From Candidatus Saccharimonadota bacterium (GTDB taxonomy: Bacteria; Bacillota_I; Bacilli_A; Mycoplasmatales; Hepatoplasmataceae): a stretch of 32,000 nucleotides of DNA. Shown in pieces: positions 19,101 through 29,139 of the stretch. The notes beneath the pieces were generated by a model. The model had not been told where the DNA came from, ran no database searches, and saw only the letters and a program-made list of their open reading frames with translations. The position numbers and the translations under genes were made by a program. Positions within the stretch are counted from its first letter, which is position 1; each line of letters starts with the position of its first letter. The DNA is taken from contig AP027133.1 of the NCBI GenBank assembly GCA_027925325.1, positions 1-32,000 of the forward strand, written 5' to 3'.

Positions 19101-19877
19101 TATGAGACATATCAGGGAAGAATAGAATATAAAGATCAAAATACAGACACAAAACAAAAAAATGTAACATTTGTTATTATTGGAACTTATGAATCATATA
19201 TTACGAATTCTATTTATACGACAAGAGATGCAATTTCACTTACTGTAGATGATCAATTATCATATATTCCATATTTAATTTATTCGCAAGATTTTAAAAG
19301 ACAAGTTTATTCCTTTGCTTTTTCTTCTTCCTTAATTGATCAGATTATAATTAATGATGGGAATTATAATATTTCACTTGAACAAATTTTAAATGATAAT
19401 TATGCATTCATCGAGCAACTTTCGATAGATAATGATCTTGTATTTGATCAAGTTAATGCTGCTTATAGTTTGGTTAGCGGTTTATTGATAATAATTTGTG
19501 CATTTGCGTTCTTTATTTCATTTGTTTTAATTTCAATTACAATTAAAGTGGTTGCCGATAATAGTCTAAATGAGGTTTCAATGCTTAAGGTATTTGGATA
19601 TACAAATTGAAAAGCAACCTCACTTGTAATGACTTCTTATATTATTATTCTTGCGATATCATTTATAGTTTCAATTTCACTAATTTTTGTTTTCCTTCTA
19701 GGACTAAGCACGATTTTGACAAATTTAACCGGAACAACATATACATTTGTATTAACCGGATTACAATTAGCATTTTTAATTGCAATTATATTAATTTTAA
19801 TTGTTGTTTTATTAGTATTCGTTTATATTACTTTTGCTAAATTAAATCCTTTAGATGCTATTAAAAGAACAGAATAA
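16140..19877 (+). CDS. Large ABC transporter permease with two FtsX/MacB-type modules and two big extracytoplasmic domains
   Basis: One frame from GTG 16140 (right after TAA 16131) to TAA 19875..19877 through many TGA-Trp codons. Two copies of the FtsX layout are visible (KNLGTLKALGM... with 3 TMs, and NEVSMLKVFGY... with 3 TMs ending LNPLDAIKRTE). Start codon uncertain (an ATT at 16137 is also in frame). Confidence 0.8.
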
Positions 19878-19888
19878 TTGAGGAAAAA

Positions 19889-20812
19889 ATGGAAAATAAT
19901 GATCAATTAAATAAAAACCAAAAAGAAGATGTAGGAAAGTTAAGACATCTTATTAAAGATCAAATTAAAAAAGAAAAAAAAGAATATAAAAAACTTATTT
20001 CAGAAGAGATCGATTCAAAAAAGAAAAAGGAATTAAAAAAGGAAGCAAAAAATTTATTTAAATTTGGTAAATTGCCTGAAGAAAAAATTGATCCAGGTTA
20101 TGTTATTGAATTAAAAGATGTTCAAAAATATTATTTTATGTCCAAAAATAATTATGAACATATCTTAAAAGGAATTAATTTAAAAATAAGACCTGGGGAA
20201 GTTGTAATTATTTTAGGAATGAGTGGTTCAGGAAAAACAACTCTTTTAAATATAATTTCTGGTCTTACTAATTTTAATGAGGGAAGTGTGAGAGTTTTAG
20301 ATCGCGATCTTTTTTATCTTAATGAAAATAAAAAAACAAAATTTCGTGCCGATCATATTGCCTTTGTTTTTCAATCTTATAATTTAATTCAATCGCTTAC
20401 GGTAAGTGAAAATATTAAAATCGGTGAAAATTTAAGACCTAAAATTAAAGAAAAAATCGATGTAAATGAAATTTTAAATTCATTAGATCTTTTAGAACAA
20501 AAACATAAATATCCATTTCAACTTTCCGGAGGACAACAGCAAAGAGTATCGATCGGGAGAGCACTTGCAAAAAATCCAACGATTCTTTTTGCTGATGAGC
20601 CAACGGGAGCATTAGACGAAGAAAAAGGAAAAGAAGCGATCAGAATGATTTTAAATATAAATAAAATTTTTAAAACAACGCTTATTATCGTTACTCATAA
20701 TCCAAATTTTGCAACAGTTGGTGATCATATTATTAGAATTAAAAACGGAGAAATAATTGAAGATTATTATAATCAAAATAAAGTTTCCGTAAATGATATA
20801 AAATGAACTTAG
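19889..20812 (+). CDS. ABC transporter ATP-binding protein (MacB/LolD-like) with Lys-rich N-terminal extension
   Basis: GAGGAAAA then ATG 19889. Walker A GMSGSGKTT, signature LSGGQQQRVSIGRA and Walker B ILFADEPTGALD. The frame reads through TGA 20804 to TAG 20810..20812. Confidence 0.92.
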
Positions 20813-20830
20813 GATCTTTAATTTAAGATA

Positions 20831-20854
20831 TACTTATATTTAAGAATATAAGTA
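20831..20854 (+). terminator. Possible hairpin between the ABC operon and lysS
   Basis: TACTTATAT (20831..20839), loop TTAAGA, ATATAAGTA (20846..20854). No clean T-run follows, so this is weak. Confidence 0.3.
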
Positions 20855-20879
20855 GATAATTTAAATTTTATTAAATGAT

Positions 20880-22373
20880 ATGGAACATAGAAAATTTCAA
20901 GAACAAGAATTAATAAGAAGAGAAAAATTAGCCAAATTAGTTAAATTGGATGTTTATCCCCCAAAGAAAGTTTATCGTCAAAATTTTAATATTAATAATT
21001 TAAAAAATAAATATCAATCATTATCAAAAGAGCAAATTTTGCAAAAAAATCTTACTAATATCAAATTAGTTGGAAGAGTAATGATGATAAGAGATCAAGG
21101 GAAAACACTTTTTGTTTTATTAAAAAATCAACAAGATAAGATGCAAATTTATTTGCGAAAAGATAATTTAAATGAAAAAGACTTTGAAGTAGCAAAATTA
21201 TTAGATATCGGCGATATTGTTTATGCAAAAGGAATTTTATTTAAAACAAATACAAATGAATTGACAATTAAAGTTGATAAATTTAAAATTTTAACAAAGG
21301 GATTAAGACCTCTTCCAGAAAAATATCATGGTTTAAAAAATGTTGAGGATCGCTATCGAAAACGTTATATTGACCTTATTGTAAATGATGAGATTAAAGA
21401 TATTTTTATCACTCGTAGTAAGATAATTAACGAGATAAGAAAAACTTTAAATAGAAGAGGTTATTTGGAAGTGGAAACACCTATTTTGCAACCATTATCA
21501 ACGGGAGCGGCTGCAAAACCATTTAAAACTTTTCATAATTCTTTAAAACAAGAATTTAATTTAAGAATTGCAACAGAATTACCACTTAAAAGATTATTAG
21601 TAGGTGGTTATGATAAAGTCTATGAAATTGGAAGAGTTTTTCGTAATGAAGGTATTTCAATTAAACATAATCCTGAATTTACATCATTAGAGCTTTATGA
21701 AGCATACAGCGATCTTGAAAGAATGATTGATATAACAGAAGATATTATTATTAATTTAAATAACAAATTAAATAATGGAAATTATTTAATTTATCAAACT
21801 GATAAGTTAATTTTTGAAAAACCATTTAAAAGAATAAAGATGGTAGATTTAATAAAATCAGTTTTAAATGTTGATTTTACAAAAGTAACAAAATTTTTAG
21901 AGGCAAAGGATCTCGCTAAAAAACATAATGTTACTTTACAAGATCATCATACAACGATCGGTTATATAATAAATGAATTTTTTGAACAAAAATGTGAAAA
22001 AAGTTTGATTCAACCAACATTTGTTTTAGATTATCCAATTGAGGTTTCGCCCCTTGCTAAAAAACATATTGATAATCCAAATTTTACTTATCGATTTGAA
22101 TTATTTATTCATGGAAGAGAATATGCAAATGCATTTTCAGAATTAAATGATCCTGATGATCAATATCAAAGATTTTTGCATCAGATTGAAGAAGCTAAAA
22201 AAGGAAATGAAGAAGCTAGCGAGATGGATTTAGATTACATAGAAGCTTTAGAATATGGAATGCCTCCGGCAGGCGGAATGGGTTTAGGAATTGATAGAAT
22301 AGTAATGTTATTTACAAATCAAAAATCAATTCGTGATGTTTTATTATTTCCTCATCAAAAAAATAAAAATTAG
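20880..22373 (+). CDS. lysS: Lysine--tRNA ligase (class II)
   Basis: Intact 497-aa ORF with RYRKRYIDL, VFRNEGIS..HNPEFT, ELNDP and GMPPAGGMGLGIDR. Confidence 0.96.
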   Translation: MEHRKFQEQELIRREKLAKLVKLDVYPPKKVYRQNFNINNLKNKYQSLSKEQILQKNLTNIKLVGRVMMIRDQGKTLFVLLKNQQDKMQIYLRKDNLNEKDFEVAKLLDIGDIVYAKGILFKTNTNELTIKVDKFKILTKGLRPLPEKYHGLKNVEDRYRKRYIDLIVNDEIKDIFITRSKIINEIRKTLNRRGYLEVETPILQPLSTGAAAKPFKTFHNSLKQEFNLRIATELPLKRLLVGGYDKVYEIGRVFRNEGISIKHNPEFTSLELYEAYSDLERMIDITEDIIINLNNKLNNGNYLIYQTDKLIFEKPFKRIKMVDLIKSVLNVDFTKVTKFLEAKDLAKKHNVTLQDHHTTIGYIINEFFEQKCEKSLIQPTFVLDYPIEVSPLAKKHIDNPNFTYRFELFIHGREYANAFSELNDPDDQYQRFLHQIEEAKKGNEEASEMDLDYIEALEYGMPPAGGMGLGIDRIVMLFTNQKSIRDVLLFPHQKNKN

Positions 22374-22386
22374 TTTTCAATCTTAA

Positions 22387-23364
22387 ATGAAAAAAATAAA
22401 AATTAATTATATAAATCAATTTTCAGAATTAGAAATTCAACGCTTGGTAAATTTTTGTGAAACAAAAATTATTGAGTTAATTTATGATCGTTTTGATTTC
22501 CATTATGTTCGTAAGCCTTTTTTTTCTGTTGATAAAATAATTGATGAATTAAGTGAAATTAATCATTCTCGTACAATTACATTTGATACGATTAATGATT
22601 ATCAAATTTATAATCTTTATAATTCTTTTGATTTTTGATTTATTAAAAAATTATCAAGATTAAATCTAGAAAATAATCATGGAATTTTTACAAAATTAAA
22701 TTATATTGTTCGTGATTTTAAAATAGATAGTAATAGTAGTTTAGAAAAAAATATTATTTTCTTTGAAATAAGATCAGATAATTTAGATGATTTTCATTTA
22801 AAAATGGAAAATTTAGGAATGAAAATATATCAATTAATTTATGATCTTTTTTTTGAAATGCATTTATTTAATGCCAAAATTCAAATTAGAATTCCTAAAT
22901 TGGATCAAGTTGTTTTTTTTGATAATTTTTTTTATAAGAAACAAAATCAAAATTACCAATCATTCATTAATCAAATGACTTTAAAATATGGTGTTATTAG
23001 TATTTTAGAAGAATTAGATCAAAATGATAATCAAAATTTTTTAAATGAAAAAGAAAAACTTTCTTTTTATTATTTTTCAAAATATTTAAAAGAAAGTTTG
23101 ATATTTATTGAAGTTTTTAAAAGAAAAGACCAGAAAAAAATCTTAAATAATCTTAAAAGAATAGTCAATAATAAAATTGAATTTAACTATCTATCAGAAC
23201 AAATTAAAAAATTTGAATATCAAACAATTAATATTAAAGTTGATTTGGATTATTTAATTTTAATGGCCCTAGATATTGCATCTATTTTTGAAATTCAAGC
23301 AAATAAAAATAATCAAGAAGTAGATGATTTTTTAGCAAAAGCAAAAATAACTACGCTTCACTAA
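22387..23364 (+). CDS. Hypothetical protein, AsnA (aspartate--ammonia ligase)-like fold with apparently degenerate catalytic motifs
   Basis: Pieces 22387.. and 22804..23364 share a frame joined via TGA 22636 (325 aa; AsnA is about 330 aa). It is collinear with E. coli AsnA as I remember it. C-terminal QTINIKVDLDYLILMALDIASIFEIQAN aligns to [28 protein letters not shown]. Confidence 0.55.
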
Positions 23365-23469
23365 TTTTTCTATAATAAATATGTTAAAATTACCTTGGAT
23401 TGTTAATCCTTGTTTATAAATTTATTAAAGATTATAAACTTTTATCCAAAAGGAAAATATTAAGAAAAG

Positions 23470-23868
23470 ATGAAATATGAAATTTTAATTATGTTGTTTC
23501 CTAATTTAACAGAAACTAAACAACAAGATTTAATTTTAAAGATTGAAAAAATATTAAATGCAAAAATTATTAAAAAAGAAGATTGAGGATTAAAAAAATT
23601 AGCTTATAAAATAAAACATCAAGAGCAAGCTCATTATTTGCTTTATTATTTAGAAACAGAAATTGATAATTTAAATAAATTTAAAAAAATGATTTCAATT
23701 AATAAAGATGTTATGAGAATTTTTGTTTTAAAACATGAAAAAAAATGACCTTTTGAAATGAAAACTTCAAAAGATCTTAAATTTCCTGAAAGAAAACAAA
23801 TTCGTAGAGATGGCAAAAATATGCAGACTAATTTAGAAAAAAGACCAGTTAAAGAGAGTTATAAATAA
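23470..23868 (+). CDS. rpsF: 30S ribosomal protein S6
   Basis: ATG 23470 after AAAGGAAAA. MKYEILIMLFPNL...EDWGLKKLAYKI...HYLLYY. TGA-Trp at 23584 and 23746. TAA at 23866..23868. Not in the ORF track because it is fragmented below the cutoff. Confidence 0.9.
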
Positions 23869-24377
23869 TGTTAAACAAAGTCATTTTAATCGGAAGAATA
23901 ACAAATGATATTGAACTTAGACAGACAAATACAGGAACACCTTTAGTCTATTTTACGATCGCTGTTAATAGAAGATTTCGTAACAATAATTCGAATAATA
24001 ATCAGCAACAAACAGATTTTATTGATTGCAAAGCTTGAAATGGTACAGCAGAGACAATGAGTAATTATTTACGTAAAGGTTCATTAATTTCAGTAGAGGG
24101 AAGATTAGAAGTTTTTAATTCCCAATTGGAAAATGGTCAGTATAATCGTCGGGTTACAGTAGTTGTTGATCAATTTAGTTTTTTAGAATCTAAAGGTGCA
24201 AGAACATTAGAATTAGAGACAAATGACTATCAAGAACTCAATTTAGATAATGATAAAGAAGTTAATAAAAATGATAACTTTAAAAAGGAAGAGCAAAAAA
24301 TAAATTTTTCTTCTGAAAGTAATCTTAAAGAAGAAAATGATTTTGATGAGATAAATTTTGACGAAATCAATTTTTAA
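23868..24377 (+). CDS. ssb: Single-stranded DNA-binding protein
   Basis: ATG 23868 shares one nt with the rpsF stop (TAATG). [21 protein letters not shown]...YFTIAVNR...FIDCKAW OB-fold. Acidic tail ending [10 protein letters not shown]. Confidence 0.93.
24345..24374 (+). repeat. Tandem 15-nt duplication encoding the SSB C-terminal tip ([10 protein letters not shown])
   Basis: GATGAGATAAATTTT followed by GACGAAATCAATTTT. The peptides are identical. Three of five codons differ only at synonymous third positions. Confidence 0.9.
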
Positions 24378-24391
24378 AAAGAGAGGAAGAA

Positions 24392-24652
24392 ATGCCAAGA
24401 ACAGCAAAAGGTCGTAGAAAACCTATTAAAAAACAATATAAAATAATTCGAAAAAAATGTTTGTTTACACAACAAAAAATTGAGTATATTGATTATAAAG
24501 ATATTGATATTTTAAAAAAATTTATTTCTTCTACAAATGGTAAAATTTTGCCTAGAAGAATAACAGGTACATCAGCAAAATATCAAAGAAAATTAGCAAA
24601 GGCAATAAAGCAAGCACGAGAAGTCGCTTTGTTACCTTTTGTTGCAAAATAA
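24392..24652 (+). CDS. rpsR: 30S ribosomal protein S18
   Basis: 86-aa ORF after AGAGGAAG, with IDYKD...[32 protein letters not shown]. Confidence 0.95.
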   Translation: MPRTAKGRRKPIKKQYKIIRKKCLFTQQKIEYIDYKDIDILKKFISSTNGKILPRRITGTSAKYQRKLAKAIKQAREVALLPFVAK

Positions 24653-24678
24653 TTTAAATAAGAGGGAATCTTAATAAT

Positions 24679-26652
24679 ATGAAAAAGCAAAAATATTTAG
24701 AATGATTAAATATTGCCGGTTTTATTTCAATATTGATATTGGTAATAATAATGATATCTTTACAGGATTATTTGGTTATTTTATTATCGATTGCTTTTTT
24801 AATTTTATTTATCTTTTTTGTTATAAATATGGTTTATTATTTCAATATTGGATTTATAAATGAGCAAAAAATAAATAAAATAATTCCTGATATTGAAAAT
24901 CAAATTGAAAGAAATTTTAAGTATGGATATTTAATATATGATGAAAATGAAAGAATTATTTTTATTAGTAATCATCTTTCATCAATTGGATTTAATCGTT
25001 TTCTTGGGAAAAAGATTATAGATTTAAAATTAAATGATAAAAATGTTAAATCAGAATTTTTATTTAACAATAAAAATTACGAGACATTAAAATTAGGACA
25101 AAAAAAAATTATCCTTTTTCGTGATATTTCTGAGATTTCTGCTTATCGTAAACAGATCGATAGCAATTGAATTTCTGTTTTTTATATTGATAAATATTAT
25201 GATCAAAAAATTCTTGAAGATGAATTAAAAAGAATTTCGATTGATACTAAAATTGATACCTTTTTAAGAGAGTGAATCTTAAAAAATCGTGGAATTTTCA
25301 AGATTGAGGGTGTAAATGATAAAAATGTTCTTTTGATTTCAAAATGAAAATATTTAAAAAAAGATATTCTTAGTGAAAAATTATTAAATGATCTTATTAA
25401 ATTAATTCAAGAAGAAGAACAAAAAAGTGTTTCAATTTCAATCGGTGTTGCATATGGTAATTTTGAATTAAGCAAACTATCAACAAGAGCTAAGAAAAGT
25501 TTAGAACTCTCAAAGACACGTGGGGGAAATCAGATTACAATTTTTCATGCTGATAATCATTTAGAAAATATCGGTCAAAAATCGTCAAATGTTACCGAAC
25601 AAAATATTCGTAATCTTACTATTTTTGTTGAGAATTTAAATGATAACTTAAATAAGTATGCAAATTTTATTATTATTTCTCATGACAACGCTGATATTGA
25701 TGCGATGGTTTCAGCGATTGGAATTGCAAGATATATTAATAATTTTTCAATAAAAGCTGAAATTTTAATTTATAACTTTGATAATTCAGCTAATAAATTA
25801 TTTACTACTCTTTCAAATGATTTAAAAAAATTATTTATTGATCCACGAGAACTTAATAATCGTTTAAATAATAAGACAGCAATTTTTATTGTTGATGTAT
25901 CAAATACTTTTTTAATAAAAGAATGAGGAGAGATTAAAAACAAAATTTCAAATGAAAATATTTTTTTAATTGATCATCATACAATTAACGAAAAAAGTAT
26001 AGATTTGGTTGGTAAAAATAGTTATGTTGATATTTCTGCTTCTTCTGCTGCAGAGATTATTGCTAAATTTTTTAATATTAATTCAAATTTACGAAATTTA
26101 TTAACAAAAGAAGAGGCTGATCTTCTAATTTCAGGAATTTATACTGATTCAAAAAATTTAACAAGAAATGTTGGACCTGAAACATGTGATGTTTTATCTT
26201 ATCTTACTCATGCTGGAGGAGAGATTTACAAAGCTGTTAATATTTCAAGAAATGATATTGAATATATTAATTTATTAACTGAATTACTTAATTCAATAAA
26301 AAAACCGATCACTTCTAATATTTTATTTGGTCTTATTTCACAAGATCAAATTTTAGATGATATTATTGTTTCAAAACTTGCCGATGAATTAATTAATTAT
26401 AATAATATTGATGCTTCATTTGTTTTTGCAAGAATTGGAAATAATAAATATAAATTATCAGCACGTTCTAATCAAAATATAAATGTTCAGAAAATTTGTG
26501 AATCCTTAGGAGGCGGCGGACATCATAATATTGCTGCTGTTACTTTTAATATAAAAAGTGAACAATATGATAAAACGATTCTTAAAATAAGAAATGTAAT
26601 TAAAAAAATTGAGCATAGAATTGAAAATAATGCTAAAAAAATAGTTGATTAA
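24679..26652 (+). CDS. gdpP: GdpP-type cyclic-di-AMP phosphodiesterase (2 TM, PAS-like, degenerate GGDEF, DHH/DHHA1)
   Basis: ATG 24679 after AGAGGGAA. Three same-frame track pieces. Two N-terminal TMs, SIGVAYG...KTRGGNQ (degenerate GGDEF), DHH motifs ISHDNADIDAM, FIVDVS and LIDHH, and DHHA1 GGGGHHNIAA. Its position between rpsR and dnaB matches Bacillus yybT. Confidence 0.85.
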
Positions 26653-26664
26653 TAAGATTTAGAT

Positions 26665-28017
26665 ATGGATATGCAGATTAATAATTATCATAAAAATAAT
26701 GAAATAAATTCAGAAGAGACAGAAAAGGCAATTTTAGGTTTATTGATTTCTGATCCTTCTTTAATTGTTAAATGTTCGGGAAAATTAAAAAGTGATCATT
26801 TTTTTAATTATAACTATCAATTAATTTATCAAATATTATTAGATAATTTTGAAAATGCTAATAAAATAGATTCAAAAATTTTAATTGATTTTTTAATTAA
26901 AACTAAGCCTGAAAGAGATGCCAGATATTGAAAACAAATTATTTTTGAAATTCTTTTTGATAAAGGAATAGAAGAAAATTTGTTGGAGTATATTAAAACA
27001 ATTCTTGATAAAAAACAGTTACGTGATTTAAATTTAACCTTGAGAAAATCAATTTCTGAGATTATTAATAATCAAAATAATCCTCAGCAGGTAATTGAAC
27101 AGGTTGAAGGAAATATTTTTTCTGTTACAAAAGATCGAGAACTAAAAGATTTCTTTAAAATTAGTGATTTAACAAATACGTATTTAGATAAACTTAATAA
27201 GATTAAAGATCATGGATATCAAGAGGGAATTAAAGTAAAATTAAATCATTTTGACAATATTTTGGGCGGATTTAAAAATGGAGAATTAGTAGTATTGGCA
27301 GGAAGACCATCGATGGGGAAAACTGCGGTAGCTTTGCAATTTATTTTTAACGTTTCAAGTGAAAAAAAAGTTGCCTTATTTTCACTTGAAATGCCTTCAG
27401 AATCAATTATTCAAAGATTTATTTCAAATGATTCGATGGTAAGTCAAGATGATTTAAGAAATTATGATAAATTAAATCAAAATAAATTATTACGTATTGA
27501 TAATTCAATTTCAACTTTAAAAAATCGAAAAATATGAATAGATGATAAGGCTGGAATGAAAGTCGGTGAGCTTATTTGAAAAATTCGTAAATTAAATTCT
27601 GATGTGGAATTAGATATTGTTTTTATTGATTATCTACAATTAATTGAATCAGAAAATATTAGAAGTCAATCTCGACAGGAAGCAATTTCTAATATATCAC
27701 GAGCGATTAAAAGTTTAGCTCGTGAATTAAATATTCCGATTATTGCTCTCTCTCAACTTTCAAGAAAAGTTGAGACAAGAGAAGAAAAAAGACCAATGAT
27801 GTCTGATTTAAGGGAATCAGGAGCGATTGAACAAGATGCTGATGTTGTTTTGCTTTTATATCGACCAAAATATTATCATAATAATGAGGAAAATTTTAAA
27901 AATGATAATGTTGTAGAAGAATTAGAGGTAATTATCGCTAAGAATCGGAATGGAAAAACAGGAATTATTAATTTAGATATTAATATGGAAATAGGTAAAA
28001 TTACCTCATCAAATTAA
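26665..28017 (+). CDS. dnaB: Replicative DNA helicase DnaB
   Basis: Three same-frame pieces. N-terminus EETEKAILG.LI. Walker A AGRPSMGKTA, Walker B VFIDYLQLI, SQLSR and GAIEQDADVV..LYR. Confidence 0.95.
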
Positions 28018-28067
28018 TAATATTATTAATAATTTTTATAATTAAACTATATTAAAGGAGATTAGAA

Positions 28068-28832
28068 ATGATGAAATATGTTTTAATTACCGGTGCAAGT
28101 TCTGGGATCGGAAAAGCACTAGCAGAAAAATTTGCTAAGCAAAATCATAATTTAATAATTGTTGCAAGAAGAGATAAATTATTAAATGACCTTAAAAAAG
28201 AATTAGAAATTAAATATAAAATAAGAGTTTTAGTTTATGTTTATGATCTTTCTATATATGAAAATGTAATTAAATTTTATGATCAAATTAAAAATTTTGA
28301 TATCGAAGTTTTTATTAATAATGCTGGCTTTGGTGATCGAAATGATCCTTGAGATTCGGATCTTTATAAAATAAAAAAAATGATTGATTTAAATATTACT
28401 GCACTTACTATTTTTTCAATTTTATTTATTAAAGATAATTTAAATAAAGATGTGCAATTAATAAATGTTTCTTCTACTGCAGGATATAAAATTTGATTAG
28501 GTGGAATTATTTATTCAGCAAGCAAATTTTATGTTTCAGTTTTTGGTGAAGGAATTGCAAAACTTATCTTAGAAAAAAAAGCAAAATTAAAAATGAAAAT
28601 TTTAGCTCCATCATCAACTAAAACAGAATTTGTCACAAGATCAGTAGTAAAATCAAAAGTTGATCAAAAAATTTTGAAAGAAAGCGAAGCAAAACGGAGT
28701 TTTTATCAAAAATCACCGCAATTACTAGCTGAATATGCTTATAAACTTTATCAAAGTGATAAGATAATTGGAATTGTTGATTCTTTCAAAGATAAATTTT
28801 ATTTAGAAGATAATTATTTTGAAATTATGTAA
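28068..28832 (+). CDS. Short-chain dehydrogenase/reductase (SDR) family oxidoreductase
   Basis: AAAGGAG then ATG 28068. TGASSGIGKA, NNAG and the catalytic YSASK. Two pieces joined via TGA 28350 and TGA 28494. Confidence 0.88.
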
Positions 28833-28898
28833 TTTTGTTTTTTCCTTAATTTTTAATATTAAAATTGTTAAAATTATCTTAATTAGTTAGAAAAAAAT

Positions 28899-29129
28899 AT
28901 GGCATTTGCACTTAAAATAATATTAGTAATAATTTCTTTTGTTTTACTTGTACTTTTATATTTACAATCTGGTAAGGTTAAAAATGTTGGAACAGCAATT
29001 ATTGGAACAAAAGATGTTGAACTTTTTGAAAACGCTAAGCATCGTGGAAGCGATCGAATATTACATATTGTTACAATTGTTCTTATAATCTTATTTGTAG
29101 CGATATCTTTTACTTTACTTTTTATCTAA
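28899..29129 (+). CDS. secG: Preprotein translocase subunit SecG
   Basis: 76 aa with two TMs. LLYLQSGK..VG.AIIG....LF...KHRGSDRILHIVT parallels B. subtilis SecG. The secG-rnr-smpB-ssrA order is conserved in Firmicutes. Confidence 0.85.
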   Translation: MAFALKIILVIISFVLLVLLYLQSGKVKNVGTAIIGTKDVELFENAKHRGSDRILHIVTIVLIILFVAISFTLLFI

Positions 29130-29139
29130 ATAATTAATA

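Noticed and set aside
20813-20879. Possible T-box or other riboswitch leader upstream of lysS.
   Set aside because: The spacer is only 67 nt, far too short for a T-box. Only one small AT-rich hairpin is present.
23365-23469. 105-nt spacer upstream of rpsF with small hairpins (GGATT-gtt-AATCC; GTTTATAA...TTATAAAC), a possible S6:S18 autoregulatory leader.
   Set aside because: I cannot match it by eye to the known rpsF-leader structure. The stems are short and AT-rich. A covariance-model search would be needed before making any claim.
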